From the NCBI GenBank assembly GCA_965263035.1, contig OZ253580.1, positions 5,248,001 to 5,312,000 of the forward strand: DNA of 64,000 nt, written 5' to 3'. The notes beneath the pieces were generated by a model, which saw nothing but the letters and a program-made list of their open reading frames with translations, did no database searches and was not told where the DNA came from. Below are positions 48,391 to 59,042 of the stretch, piece after piece. Position 1 is the first letter of the stretch. Each line of letters starts with the position of its first letter. Origin of the DNA: Acidobacteriota bacterium. Its GTDB lineage: Bacteria; Acidobacteriota; UBA6911; RPQK01; JAJDTT01. The position numbers and the translations under genes were made by a program.

Positions 48391-49470
48391 CTATTTCGTT
48401 GCCCGGTAGATCGGCTCACCGATCCCGTGGTCGTAATCCTGGTAATGGGCGGCCAGGACATCGTGTCCAAAGTCTCCATTCCAGTCTCGCCAGACCGTGT
48501 GGCTGTGGTTGGCCCGGTTCTGGGTGTTGGCGTATTCGATGAGAAAATCCGGTGTCTGGACCCTGTAGTAGACCCCTTCTCCGGGCTCGGTCCCTCCAGC
48601 CCAGGCGAAGTGGATTTTCTCCCTGGGGGCCCCGTCGAAGCGATCCATTCTCCCCTTCGTAATCGTGACGGAACCGTTGGCGGCATACTCGTTCACCAGG
48701 CTCCGCAGCGCCTGATACTGGTCGTCGGTGAGCTCGGCGGCGGGCAGCCCGGGAGGTTCGTTGACCAGTCGCGCCCTCTGGTCGACGAAGCTCAGGATGT
48801 CCCGGTAGGCGACGTGCTGCACGACGGCGTGTTCACGCTGCGCGGATTCGAGGCTCTGCAGCAGCTGTTTCGCCTTGTCCTCTTCCGCGCCCAGCACTCT
48901 CAGGCCCTTTTCGGGGCCCCGGCGGACCTCGTGCGGATTGGCGCCGAAGAAGGCCGGGGTGGCGGAGACCAACTTGCCATCCTGGATGGTGAAATTCAGC
49001 GAAAGATGGTGTCCTTCCAGCCGCCAGCCCCAGGTCCCGGAAGCCGAGGGCGTGCCAAAAATCGCGTAGTAGTACTTTTCCCGGTCACGGTTTCCCGACG
49101 TGTCGTTCTCCAGGAGGCGAAGAATTTCTTCCAGCCGGATCACTCCCTGGACCTTGGTGAATCCCCGGTCGCTGAGACCGGCCCGCAGCAGGTTGTGGGC
49201 CAGCTTCTCCTGTTTGTCGTCCATGTATTTGTAACCGATGCCGGGGCGGGCGTATCCGTAGGCCCCCTGGTATCCGCCGTCGGGGAAGTAATGCCACTCC
49301 AGCCGCTTCTCGGTGTCGAAGGAATACACGCTGACCGCCTTCTGCATGGCGGACAGGGAATCCAAGAAACGATTGGCCTCTCTGATCATGGCTTCACCTT
49401 CCTGGGATACACGGGAGGACGCGACCAGGGAGGCGGTGCCCAGCAACAGGACCAAGAGTCGAAATCTCAT
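48391..49470 (-). CDS. DUF3500 domain-containing secreted protein
   Basis: WGWRLEGHHLSLNFT, TPAFFGANP, YYRVQ.P.FLIEY.N, NHSHTVWRD..GDFG. Confidence 0.88.
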   Translation of the reverse strand: MRFRLLVLLLGTASLVASSRVSQEGEAMIREANRFLDSLSAMQKAVSVYSFDTEKRLEWHYFPDGGYQGAYGYARPGIGYKYMDDKQEKLAHNLLRAGLSDRGFTKVQGVIRLEEILRLLENDTSGNRDREKYYYAIFGTPSASGTWGWRLEGHHLSLNFTIQDGKLVSATPAFFGANPHEVRRGPEKGLRVLGAEEDKAKQLLQSLESAQREHAVVQHVAYRDILSFVDQRARLVNEPPGLPAAELTDDQYQALRSLVNEYAANGSVTITKGRMDRFDGAPREKIHFAWAGGTEPGEGVYYRVQTPDFLIEYANTQNRANHSHTVWRDWNGDFGHDVLAAHYQDYDHGIGEPIYRATK

Positions 49471-49613
49471 CAGATCGCTCCATATGGTTCGAAGTGGTTC
49501 GCCGCCCCAGGGCCCCGGGTCGGGGGCGACCGGCGGTCGATTATATCCGCCGAATGAGGTTCCCGCCAGCAAGGGTCCTGGGGGTGCGCCGAATCCGAAT
49601 CCTCAGGGCAGGA

Positions 49614-50687
49614 TCACAAGGGCGGATCGATCCCGAATTTCCGGCTGGTCTCTTCGATCCAGGGGAGCACCGCGGGCGGGACCGGTATGCCGTGGCGGGT
49701 TCGGTGCTGATAGGTGCGGTGTTCCAGCTCGCCCGGGACCAGGACCTGGTCGTGGCCGGGCACGGTGGGGGTCCGGTGCAGGGTGTCGATGAGGTCGTCC
49801 ATCATGGCCTTGAACTCGGCCGGCGGCCGAAACGCCGCGATGTCGATGGCCGTCATCCAATGGTAGTTTTCCCCGGCCACCATGCGCGGGCCGATGTTTC
49901 CGCCGGCCAGCAGTCCACACAGAATATCGACCACCAGCCCCAGCCCGTACCCTTTGTGCCCGCCATGGAGAAGACCGGCGCCCCCCAGGGGCAGGTAGAG
50001 ACCGGACCGGATAGCGGCGGTGGCATCGGTCATGGGGTTTCCAGCTTTGTCCACTATCCAACCTTCCGGCATTTTCTTGTTGGCCAGGTGTGAGATGTAC
50101 ACCTTTCCACCGGCGACCACCGTGGTGGCCATATCCAGCTCGAACGGAGGATGTTTCCCGGCGGGAGCCGCCACGCTCAGGGGGTTGGTGCCCAGGCGCG
50201 CCTTGCGGCCGAAGGTGGGGACGGCAGCCGGCGTCGTGTTGGTCATGGCGATTCCGATCATGTCCTGATCCGCAGCCATGAGGGGATAGAAGGAACACAT
50301 TCCCAGGTGGGTGCTTCGGGTCACCGAAACCATGCCGATGCCATGGATGCGAGCCCGTCCCATGGCCAGTTCCATGGCTTCCCAAGCCGCAATGTGCCCA
50401 AACCCCCAGTCTCCATCCAACAACAGGGCGGCACCCTGGTCCCGCAGAATCCTGAGGTCCGGCTCCAGGTTGATTTGTCTCAGGTCGGCCCGGATCTGAT
50501 CAATGCGGTCCAGGTAAGGCTGCAGGCAGACGAAGACGCCGTGGGTGTCCACCCCTCTCAGATCGGCTTTGATCATGACCTCGGTGACCCGCTCCGCGTC
50601 CCGGGGCGGGGTTCCCTTGGCCAGCAGGACCTGCTCGGTCCAGCGGCGGAGGGGTTCGGCGTGGACGCAGGTTTCAGCTTGGCTCAT
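49614..50687 (-). CDS. Ldh_2 family oxidoreductase (malate/L-lactate/sulfolactate dehydrogenase-like)
   Basis: DLRGVDTHG, STHLG, LGTNPL, LDMATT, HKGYGL. Confidence 0.9.
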   Translation of the reverse strand: MSQAETCVHAEPLRRWTEQVLLAKGTPPRDAERVTEVMIKADLRGVDTHGVFVCLQPYLDRIDQIRADLRQINLEPDLRILRDQGAALLLDGDWGFGHIAAWEAMELAMGRARIHGIGMVSVTRSTHLGMCSFYPLMAADQDMIGIAMTNTTPAAVPTFGRKARLGTNPLSVAAPAGKHPPFELDMATTVVAGGKVYISHLANKKMPEGWIVDKAGNPMTDATAAIRSGLYLPLGGAGLLHGGHKGYGLGLVVDILCGLLAGGNIGPRMVAGENYHWMTAIDIAAFRPPAEFKAMMDDLIDTLHRTPTVPGHDQVLVPGELEHRTYQHRTRHGIPVPPAVLPWIEETSRKFGIDPPL

Positions 50688-50756
50688 GGTCCCGCCTTCT
50701 TCCTTGTCGATGCCGTCGGGATCTCGCTCCGCCGGCTGCAGAGCCCTCGAAGCGGA

Positions 50757-51686
50757 CTACGCGTTGGGCCACTGTCTCATGTCCAGAAGCCGCCGGGGAA
50801 GGTCGGTAAACGCTCGGTCGATCCGATTCATGGTGTCCCGAGTCAGCTCCCCCATACCGATCCAAGCCAGATTGTCCTCCAGTTGGGAAAGGGTCTCCAG
50901 ACCGGTCAGAACTCCGAGGACGCCGGGAAGGGAGGCAACATAGCGAAGGGCCAGGGACGCCAAGCCCTGGTCCCCGGCGATTCGGGCCAGTTCGCGGCGG
51001 ACGGGATGCAGTTCCTGAAGAAAATCGGGCAGGTCATCGTCGGACAGTCCCAGCACACCCTGCAGATAAACGCTACGGACGAACACGGCGATTCCTCGTC
51101 GCTTTGCCCGGGTCGGAATCTCGCATCGAAGGAAGCGCCGGTCCAGGATGTTGGTGGGAAGCTGGATCGCTTCGATTCCCTCCAGGGACAGCGCCTCCAA
51201 CGCCTGGTTCGGTTCGTAAACCGAAACCCCCACGTGTTCCACGTAACCCTTCTCCTTCAGGGCCAGTGCGGCGTCCAGGTATGGCAGGTCGTCGTAGCGG
51301 TGAAACAGGCAGAGGGGCAACCGGTCCAGTCCCAGGTTCCGCAGGGCCCGGACGATGCCCCGTTCCAGAAACCGGCCGGGATGTTCGTCCCGGGCCTGGT
51401 GGACCCATGGGAACTTGGTGATCACGAAGGCCCGGTCCCGCAGTCCCAGGTCCTTCAAGGCCCGTCCCAGGACCACCTCCGACTCGCCGTACAGAGCGGC
51501 CGTGTCCAGGGCGTTCACGCCACCCTCGAAGGCCCGTCCCAGGATCTTCAGGACCGCCTGGTAGGAAGGCTGGCCCACCTGGTTGGCAATGCCGTAGTCG
51601 AAGCCGAACTGGGCGGTTCCCAGGACCAGTTGGGAGATATCGTGTCCGTGAAACGTGACTGTCTTCATGGCGCCGGGTGGAGTCAT
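50757..51686 (-). CDS. aldo/keto reductase
   Basis: LVLGTAQFG..YG, LDTAALYGESE, GVSVY, RSVYLQG. Confidence 0.88.
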   Translation of the reverse strand: MTPPGAMKTVTFHGHDISQLVLGTAQFGFDYGIANQVGQPSYQAVLKILGRAFEGGVNALDTAALYGESEVVLGRALKDLGLRDRAFVITKFPWVHQARDEHPGRFLERGIVRALRNLGLDRLPLCLFHRYDDLPYLDAALALKEKGYVEHVGVSVYEPNQALEALSLEGIEAIQLPTNILDRRFLRCEIPTRAKRRGIAVFVRSVYLQGVLGLSDDDLPDFLQELHPVRRELARIAGDQGLASLALRYVASLPGVLGVLTGLETLSQLEDNLAWIGMGELTRDTMNRIDRAFTDLPRRLLDMRQWPNA

Positions 51687-53166
51687 CCTTCCTTCCGTTG
51701 GGTCTGAATGGTCAATCCTTGCAGATGACGGAGGGGCATTCGTGGAGTTGTGAGGCTTAGAAGATAACCCGAGAGGAGCGTGACGACGCTGCCCAACGGC
51801 GCGTACCAGAGGAAGCTCATGGAGGTCCACTGGGCCGCCGAGACCACGGCGGCAACCCCCAGGCTCCGATCAAGACTCCGGCAGGTGTGGTTCGCGTCGA
51901 GAGCATGCCGAGCATGAAGATGCCCAGGATACTTCCGCTGAAGAAGCCGGCCAGGGTCTTGGATGCCGACAGGATGTTGGGGAAATAGTTGACATAAAGC
52001 GCGAACACGGTTGCCATGCCGCCCCAGAACACGGTGAAGAGGCGTGACACGTTCAGATAGGTTTTCTCCTCGGCCTGGGTCTGGACGTAGCGCTGGTAGA
52101 GATCCTTCATGGTGGACGTGGACAGTGAGTTGATGGCCGAGTCGATGGTGGACATGGCCGCCGCGAACATGGCTGCGATGAAGACTCCCGAGACCCCTGG
52201 CGGGAGCTCGTGAATGACGAAGTGAGGGAGGACGGCGTCCCCCCGGAGTCCTTCGGCCATACGGGCCGGGAACTGCTGGTAGAATACATAGAGGGCGCCC
52301 CCCACGAAGAGGAGCAGCAGGGCGGCGGGCAGGACCATGACCGCGTTCAGAAGCATGGAATTGCGGCCGGCGCGAAGGGTCGGTGTGGTCAGGTACCGCT
52401 GCAGCGTCATCTGGTCCACGCCGTACATGGACAGGTGGATGAAGAAACCGTTGACGAGGACCGCCCAGAGCGTCACCTCCGCCCAGGTGCCCCAACTGGT
52501 TTCGACGTGGAAGGGTCCGTCTTGGGAGGCCACAGCCACGATTTCGCCCACTCCTCCGTCCACCCGCAGGATCAGCACCGCGGTCACCGTGATAAGTCCA
52601 CCGAACAGGACCGTGGCCTGGACCACGTCGGTCCAGATGACCGCCTTCATTCCACCGAGCAAGGTGTAGAGCGTCGCCAGTCCACCGATGATGAAGATGG
52701 TCCATTTCAACTCCAGTCCGGTGACGGTGGAGAGGACCAGGGAGGGTGCGTAGATGACGACGGCCAGATAGCTTCCCCGCATGAACAGGAAGAGCAGGCT
52801 GGACGCCAGGCGTACTGACGGATTGAAACGCCGTTCCAGATACTCGTAGGCGGTGAAGACTCGAAGCCGGTGGTAGAAGGGCAGGAACACCCAGATCACG
52901 ATGGGGGTGCAGATGGGAATGGTCACGAGAGTCAGGCCCAGGGTCAAGTCGTTGTCGTAGACCCAGCCGGGGCTGCCCAGCAGGCTGATGGCGGAGAAAA
53001 GGGTCGCGAAAATGGAGATGCCCACCGCGACCCATGGCATTCTCCGGCCGGCCAGGAAGTAGTCTTCGGTGTTTTTCTGGCCCCGGAAAAAGAAGGAGCC
53101 CATCCCCACGACCAGAACGATGTAGAAAATGAGGACGGCGTTGTCGAGAGCTGTGAATCCCTGCAC
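51683..53166 (-). CDS. sodium:solute symporter (frameshift at ~51862 near the C-terminus)
   Basis: SSS motifs. The last TMs (LGVAAVV...FLWYAPLG) continue in another frame, whose stop overlaps the AKR ATG. Confidence 0.85.
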
Positions 53167-53460
53167 TCGGACCTCGAATCTGCGGTTCCCGGTCCAGACC
53201 GCGCAAGGCCTCCGGGTTCCGGAACAGCAGGCGAATCGTCAACGAACCGGACACCCCGGATCAACTGAACGATGCCGAACATAAAGAGCAGCCGGTGGGC
53301 TGTCAAGAATGGGTGAAGGAAGCGTCACGGCCGTGGGTACGGGGAACCGGGGAATTTCCAACCCCCGAATCTGCCGGTGCGCGGAACTTGGGACGTTTCC
53401 TTCAGAGTGGTGCGGCCGCCCGCAGGGTAAAGTTCGCTTTCTTGACCCGTTGCCGGGCCT

Positions 53461-54522
53461 GTGGTTGACTCGCAGACCGCCTGTCGAGCCCTGAAAGGAA
53501 GGTGTTTCTTGATCGGTCCTCCGGATTCGCGACCCTCCGCGGCATCCCAATCTCCCAGTGGTCCCGTCGAGTCGGACCTGACCTGGGACTACCTGAATCT
53601 GGGCCAGTACCGGAGACGAATTGCCACGGGCATGCCGCCCCTCATTATTTCTTGCGCGACCACCGGCAGCCATCAGAAGGCGGAAAATCCAGGCGTTCCC
53701 GTCACCGCGCGGGAACAGGCCGGGACGGCGCCCCTTGTGGCCTCCGCCGGGGCCCAGATCATCCACATCCACGGCCGCGAACCCGACGATCCGACGCGGG
53801 AAACCGACCGGGCCGAGCGCTATCTGGAGATCAACGCGCTGATCCGTGCCCACGAGCCGGACATCATCATCGACAACACGCAGGCGGCCACACCCATCGA
53901 GTCCACGGACGACGAGCTGGGCGGTACGGTCTACCGCTACGAATCGTTGCCTTTGGAGGCCCGTCCCGAGATCATGGCCCTCAATCCGGGTCCCATGACC
54001 TTCCGGGGGAAGGGAAGCTCCCCCAGCGTGGTCCTGGCGACCACCTTCGATCACACTGAGCGGGCGGCCCACGCTCTGAGGGAGCGGGGAATCAAGCCCC
54101 AGGTCTTCATCTACCATCCGGGTCATCTGGATCTGCTGGAGCATCTGATCTCGCGAGACGCGCTGGAAGAACCCTACTTCGTCCAGTTGGTCTTCGGTCA
54201 ACAGAGCGGCATCGGGACCAGTCCCGACAACGTCCTCTCCATGGTCCGGAACCTCCCGCCGGGCTGCATCTTCCAGACCTGCGCCCTGGGGCTGGAGGCG
54301 GTCCAGGTCAATACCCTGGCCATCCTGCTGGGAGGGCACGTCCGAACCGGAATGGAGGACTGCATCGACTACCAGCGGGAGGAACCGGCCCGGGACAATG
54401 CCCAACTGGTCCGGAGGGTGGCTCGAATTGCCCGGGACCTGGGCCGCCGGGTGGCCACGATCCAGGAAGCCCGGCAGATGTTGGGACTGGGTCCACCCAG
54501 CCAATATCCTTCTTCCGACTGA
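53461..54522 (+). CDS. beta-keto acid cleavage enzyme (BKACE/DUF849)
   Basis: IISCATTG, GAQIIHIHGR, GGHVRTGMED, NAQLV; start uncertain. Confidence 0.88.
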   Translation: MVDSQTACRALKGRCFLIGPPDSRPSAASQSPSGPVESDLTWDYLNLGQYRRRIATGMPPLIISCATTGSHQKAENPGVPVTAREQAGTAPLVASAGAQIIHIHGREPDDPTRETDRAERYLEINALIRAHEPDIIIDNTQAATPIESTDDELGGTVYRYESLPLEARPEIMALNPGPMTFRGKGSSPSVVLATTFDHTERAAHALRERGIKPQVFIYHPGHLDLLEHLISRDALEEPYFVQLVFGQQSGIGTSPDNVLSMVRNLPPGCIFQTCALGLEAVQVNTLAILLGGHVRTGMEDCIDYQREEPARDNAQLVRRVARIARDLGRRVATIQEARQMLGLGPPSQYPSSD

Positions 54523-54527
54523 AGCAG

Positions 54528-55763
54528 GTGGATCTCATGTCCGACTCTTTGCTCATCCGCAACGCCCGGATCGTCGACGTTTCCAACGGATCCATCGAGG
54601 TGGACCGTTCGGTTCTGGTTCGCGGAGACCGGATCGAGGCGAGCGGGCGGTTCCCGGGCTGGAGCGGCGCCTCATTGGACGCCGTCGGACGGTACCTGTG
54701 TCCCGGCCTCATCGACTGCCACGTCCATTTCTTCCTGGACGCGGGGCCGGATCCCAGAGGCTCGTACCTTCAGAGCGATGATTCCAAGCGGATGGCCACG
54801 GCCGAGGAGAATGCCCGGCTGGCGATCCAGGCCGGGATCACCACCATGCGCGATATGGCCGCGCCGGGACACCTCATGGTCCGGTTCCAGCGCCAGGTGG
54901 ACGCCGGCGAGGTCCCAGGCCCCCATATCATCAGCTGCGGCTATGCGCTCATGCGTCCGAAGGGTCATTGCCATTTCCTGGGGGGCGAGGTGGCCTCGGT
55001 CCGGGAATTGTGTGAACGAATCGAGTGGAACCTGAACCACGGGGCGGGATTCGTGAAACTCATGGCCTCGGGAGGCGGCCTCACGCCGGGAACCATCCCC
55101 CACGAAGCCGATCTGCCTTTAGAGATCATGGAGGCCGCGGTTCGGGAGGCTCACGCCAACGGGGTCCAGATCACGGCGCATTGCCACGCCACCGACAGCA
55201 TTCGGCGGGGCATCCAGGTGGGGCTCGACATGATCGAGCACGCCAGCTTCGTGGAGTCGCCGGGACGATACCGGTACGACGAGGGACTGACGCGTCAGAT
55301 TCGGGACGCGGGCATCATCGTGAGCCCGACCGTCTACTCGGCGCTTCAGACCGCGCGGTGCTTCCGGGCGGCAGGGGCGGCGCACAACCCCGGAGACGTG
55401 GCTGCGGTCGAGCGACTGGAGGGGCGCTTGATCAACACGGGACACTTCCGCCGTCTGGGGATGAAGATCATCGGAGGGACCGACTGCGGAGCGACGAACA
55501 CGCCGTTTGACAGCCTGGTGGACGAGTTGGACAGCTACACTGAGGCCGGCCTCACCCGTCACGAGGCCCTCCGCACCGTCACCGACCTGGGCGCCTCCTA
55601 CCTCGGACTCTCCCACGTAGGCCAGGTCAAGCCCGGACACCGGGCCGACCTGACGTTGCTGGAAGGGAACCCCCTGGAGGATCTTGAAGTGCTGCGGCGG
55701 CCTCTCCAGGTCTACAAGTCGGGGCGTCTCGTCCTCGAACGGAACGGCGGAGGCGCGGCCTGA
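54528..55763 (+). CDS. metal-dependent amidohydrolase
   Basis: PGLIDCHVH, VKLMASGG, AHCH, IEHA, GTDCG. Confidence 0.9.
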   Translation: MDLMSDSLLIRNARIVDVSNGSIEVDRSVLVRGDRIEASGRFPGWSGASLDAVGRYLCPGLIDCHVHFFLDAGPDPRGSYLQSDDSKRMATAEENARLAIQAGITTMRDMAAPGHLMVRFQRQVDAGEVPGPHIISCGYALMRPKGHCHFLGGEVASVRELCERIEWNLNHGAGFVKLMASGGGLTPGTIPHEADLPLEIMEAAVREAHANGVQITAHCHATDSIRRGIQVGLDMIEHASFVESPGRYRYDEGLTRQIRDAGIIVSPTVYSALQTARCFRAAGAAHNPGDVAAVERLEGRLINTGHFRRLGMKIIGGTDCGATNTPFDSLVDELDSYTEAGLTRHEALRTVTDLGASYLGLSHVGQVKPGHRADLTLLEGNPLEDLEVLRRPLQVYKSGRLVLERNGGGAA

Positions 55764-56833
55764 TGGGCCGGGCAGGGAACTCCACTCTCTACGTCGTCGA
55801 ACTGAGGGGAAACAGCCGGCAGCGGGGGCTCCAACACGGCCGCCAGTTGAAGGATCCGATCCAGACGGCGGTGGACTTCTATCGTCACTTCTTCCGGGAA
55901 CATCTGGGCATGAGTGCCGAGGGCATGGCCCGCCGCGCCTCGGCGTTCCTGGGCCCCACCGCACAGCTCAATCCGCTCCTGATGAAGGAGTACGAGGGAA
56001 TCGCCGAAGGGTCTGGCCAGCGGCTTGAGGACATCCTGGCCCTGACGGCGCGCTACGAGATCACCTTCGAGCAGGTCGCCCTGGGAGACTGCTCCAATCT
56101 GTTCGTGGGTCCCGGCCGTTCGCGAAATGGAAGCACGCTGCTGGGGCAGAGCTGGGATTGGCGGCCCGAGGTGATGGACTTCCGGGCCGTCCTGATCTCC
56201 CGTTGCGACGACCAGCCGGATCACGTCATGGTGACCGAATGCGGTCAGCCCGGAAAATACGGCTTTAATCAAGACGGCGTTGGGGTCGTTTCGGCCGGTC
56301 TACGCTGCCGGGAGAAGGCTTCCACGGGCCGGCAGCTCTTCACCGTACTGGGAAGAACCATCCTGGCTCAGTCGGGTTTTGACGAGGCCTGCCGAATCCT
56401 GGAAGAGAATGCGCCGCTCGCTACGGTAACCATCCTGGTGGCCGACGAGCAGGGCAGGTCGGCGGATTTCGAAGCGACGCCCGAAGGCGTCGGCCGCCAT
56501 GATCTGCGGACCGATGAGATCTACTGGCACACGAATCACTGCCGGCACGTCGCGGAGCCCAACCACTTCGAGAACAGCCGGGTGCGTGGTCTGCGCTGGG
56601 AGAGACTGACCGGGACTCAGGAGCCCGTGGGATCCGAGACCGTTCAGGGTTGGCTGGCCGACCGGAACGACGGAGGGAACTCCATCAGCCAGCATGCCGA
56701 TCCCGCCCAGGCCCATACGGCCAGTTGGCTTCAGACCCTCTGCTCCATCGTCATGGACCTGAACCAGCGGCAGCTCTGGGTCAGCGATGGACCCGCCTCA
56801 ATGAATTCCTACCGCGAGATAAGGCTTGATTGA
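55763..56833 (+). CDS. C45 family autoproteolytic acyltransferase/hydrolase
   Basis: RGLQHG, GDCS, GQSWDW, GFNQDG, HTNH. Confidence 0.88.
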   Translation: MGRAGNSTLYVVELRGNSRQRGLQHGRQLKDPIQTAVDFYRHFFREHLGMSAEGMARRASAFLGPTAQLNPLLMKEYEGIAEGSGQRLEDILALTARYEITFEQVALGDCSNLFVGPGRSRNGSTLLGQSWDWRPEVMDFRAVLISRCDDQPDHVMVTECGQPGKYGFNQDGVGVVSAGLRCREKASTGRQLFTVLGRTILAQSGFDEACRILEENAPLATVTILVADEQGRSADFEATPEGVGRHDLRTDEIYWHTNHCRHVAEPNHFENSRVRGLRWERLTGTQEPVGSETVQGWLADRNDGGNSISQHADPAQAHTASWLQTLCSIVMDLNQRQLWVSDGPASMNSYREIRLD

Positions 56834-56990
56834 GACGCCATGGTATCTGGAGTCGTCAGAAATTGAGCTCGATATGACCGCAGGAGCCACCGACCGTGGA
56901 TATTTTCACGAGCTGCATGACAATATTTCGGCAGACGGCAGATCCCAGTTTTGGCAGGTCGCCGGACTGCCATCTCCGCAAGAGATCCCC

Positions 56991-57377
56991 TCACGTTGCA
57001 ATTCTCAGTTCCGTGTGGCGCGCCAGCACGTCGAAATCGGAATCGTTGTGGAGAACCGGCGCACCGGCCCGAATTGCCACGGCGCCAATCAGGCAATCGA
57101 TCAACTTGCGCACCGTCCCGCCTCCTTGGCGACAGATTCTGTATAGCGTGGCCGCGTCGTCGTAGTGTGTGGGATCGGTCGGAAAGACGGTTGCCCTCGC
57201 CAACAGGCGACGGAGATCATGTAGGTGCTTTTCATTGCGTGCACCGGCAAGCACTTCCATTCGAATCGCATCGCAGATGGCGATCTCTTCGCCGAGTAGG
57301 GTGTGGACGCGAATGCAGGTGGCCGAGCCACTGCCTCGAAGGAATTCGACCCACGCTGAGGTATCGACCAGAATCAT
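56991..57377 (-). CDS. vapC: PIN-domain toxin
   Basis: MILVDTSAWVEF, MEVLAG, IDCLI, LHNDSDF. Confidence 0.93.
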   Translation of the reverse strand: MILVDTSAWVEFLRGSGSATCIRVHTLLGEEIAICDAIRMEVLAGARNEKHLHDLRRLLARATVFPTDPTHYDDAATLYRICRQGGGTVRKLIDCLIGAVAIRAGAPVLHNDSDFDVLARHTELRIAT

Positions 57378-57577
57378 TTCGCGCGGCCCGTGCGCATCTC
57401 TTCGAGGTCACCCTCCCAACCCGAACCACGAAGACGTCGGGCCTCATCTACGCTCAGGGGCTCTGCCGCAAGGGACCGGAGTGCGAAATTGATTGCCTCG
57501 CGCTTTGTCCTCAGATGGTAACGGCGCATGACCTCCGCGCATGCCATGTCGTCAATGTTTACGTTGGTACGTGACAT
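57374..57577 (-). CDS. vapB: type II antitoxin
   Basis: MSRTNVNIDD...TKREAINFALR...GWEGDLEEMR; ATGA overlap with vapC. Confidence 0.9.
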   Translation of the reverse strand: MSRTNVNIDDMACAEVMRRYHLRTKREAINFALRSLAAEPLSVDEARRLRGSGWEGDLEEMRTGRAK

Positions 57578-57702
57578 ACACCTATCATACACCATATGGG
57601 TTTCCTGGCCAGGGCTCGTGTTGCGATGAATTTCCGGGCTTTGACCGGCAACAGGCGGTCGCCGCCCATCGATTGGATCCAGAACGTTGTCGTCGACGAA
57701 CG

Positions 57703-57974
57703 TCAGGCTCGATTGAAACCGTGGACCTCGGATTCCGCGATCGCCCGTTTGTGTTCCAGCCAATCGGGCTCTCGTTTCCCTCTTCCCGAGCATCGAACTC
57801 GTCGTTGAACCGCCGGAGGTCGTCGAGCGTGAAACCTCCCGACCTGGTTGCATCCGCCAGCTTCCCCTCCGCGGCTTCCCTCAACCTAGCGCCGAGGGAC
57901 TTTTTCTCCCGCCGCGCCTGATTCTGGTAGTGAGCCTTTTCGGACTCCGTCACAAAACGATGAATGTGTGTCAT
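57703..57974 (-). pseudogene. frameshifted antitoxin-like gene followed by a PIN-start remnant
   Basis: MTHIH...ARREKKSLGARLREAAE...; shifts near 57780 to KREPDWLEHKRAIAES; followed by TFVDDNVL. Confidence 0.45.
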
Positions 57975-59042
57975 GATTCTCTTGATTCCACTAAAAATTA
58001 CGGCAAAAATGCCCCATAGTTGCGCTAGCCGATGAGGGCTCCCGAACCTGATAGAGGGACGTCCCTCCTGAATTTGTCGGCTGAAGCGGTCTCCGCGCAC
58101 AACGTAAAAAGGTGCCGTAAAGCTGTTATACTCGCTCCTTAAGCGGGTCGGATCGTTATCGGAATGAGTGGGTTACAGACAGGGAACTCGTCGCGGCGAG
58201 GCGAGGCCGGAAGCTATTGGCCAAGCCGGTCATTAGGTGTCGTTCTCTGGTTCGTAACGGCGGTTGTGCCGCCCGCTTTTCTCCTACCCTTGGCGGCTCA
58301 AAGTGAACCCGTCGCCGATTTCGAGACCCACATTGCTCCCCTCTTCGAAGCCAATTGCCGGTCCTGCCACGGGCCGTCACAGCCGCAAGGCGAGCTGGAT
58401 CTTTCAAGCCACGAAAGCACCCTGCAGGGCGGGAAATCCGGTCCTGTGCTGGTGCCGGGCTCACCCTTGGAGAGTCTGCTTCTGGAGAAGCTGCATTCCG
58501 GCGCCATGCCTCTGGGAGCCGATCGGCTGAGTGACGATCAGATCAACTTGGTCCGGCGCTGGATCGAAGCCGGTGCGCGCCGCGCGGAGGAGGAGGCCGA
58601 AACTGCCGCCGTCGCGTCTGCCGCAGTCGTCGCCGGACCCGAAACGGTGACCACCATTCTCAACGTCAAGTGCCTTCTCTGCCACGGCCGCCGCAACCAG
58701 GAGGGCGGCCTGGATCTGCAGACCCGAGCGAGTCTGCTTGAAGGCGGCGTCTCGGGACCCGGTATCGTTCCCGGAAAACCGGATGAGAGCCTGCTCATTC
58801 AACCCAGATTATTCATGGGACATGTTGATAAGGGCTTCCAACCCGGCGTTTTCGTGCGGTCGCAGCCCGGTTTCTCTTGAAGCTCTGTCGATTCGACTGA
58901 ATCGGCTCGAAAACAGGACGATTGAACCAGTCATAAACCGTTTTCCGGCCAGGGGGACCGTCACCCGCCGACAGATTGACTCTCCGGTGAGAAATCCCCA
59001 CCGTTTCGGTCCCTTCCACGGGCCCGATTCCTCCTCCGTCCG

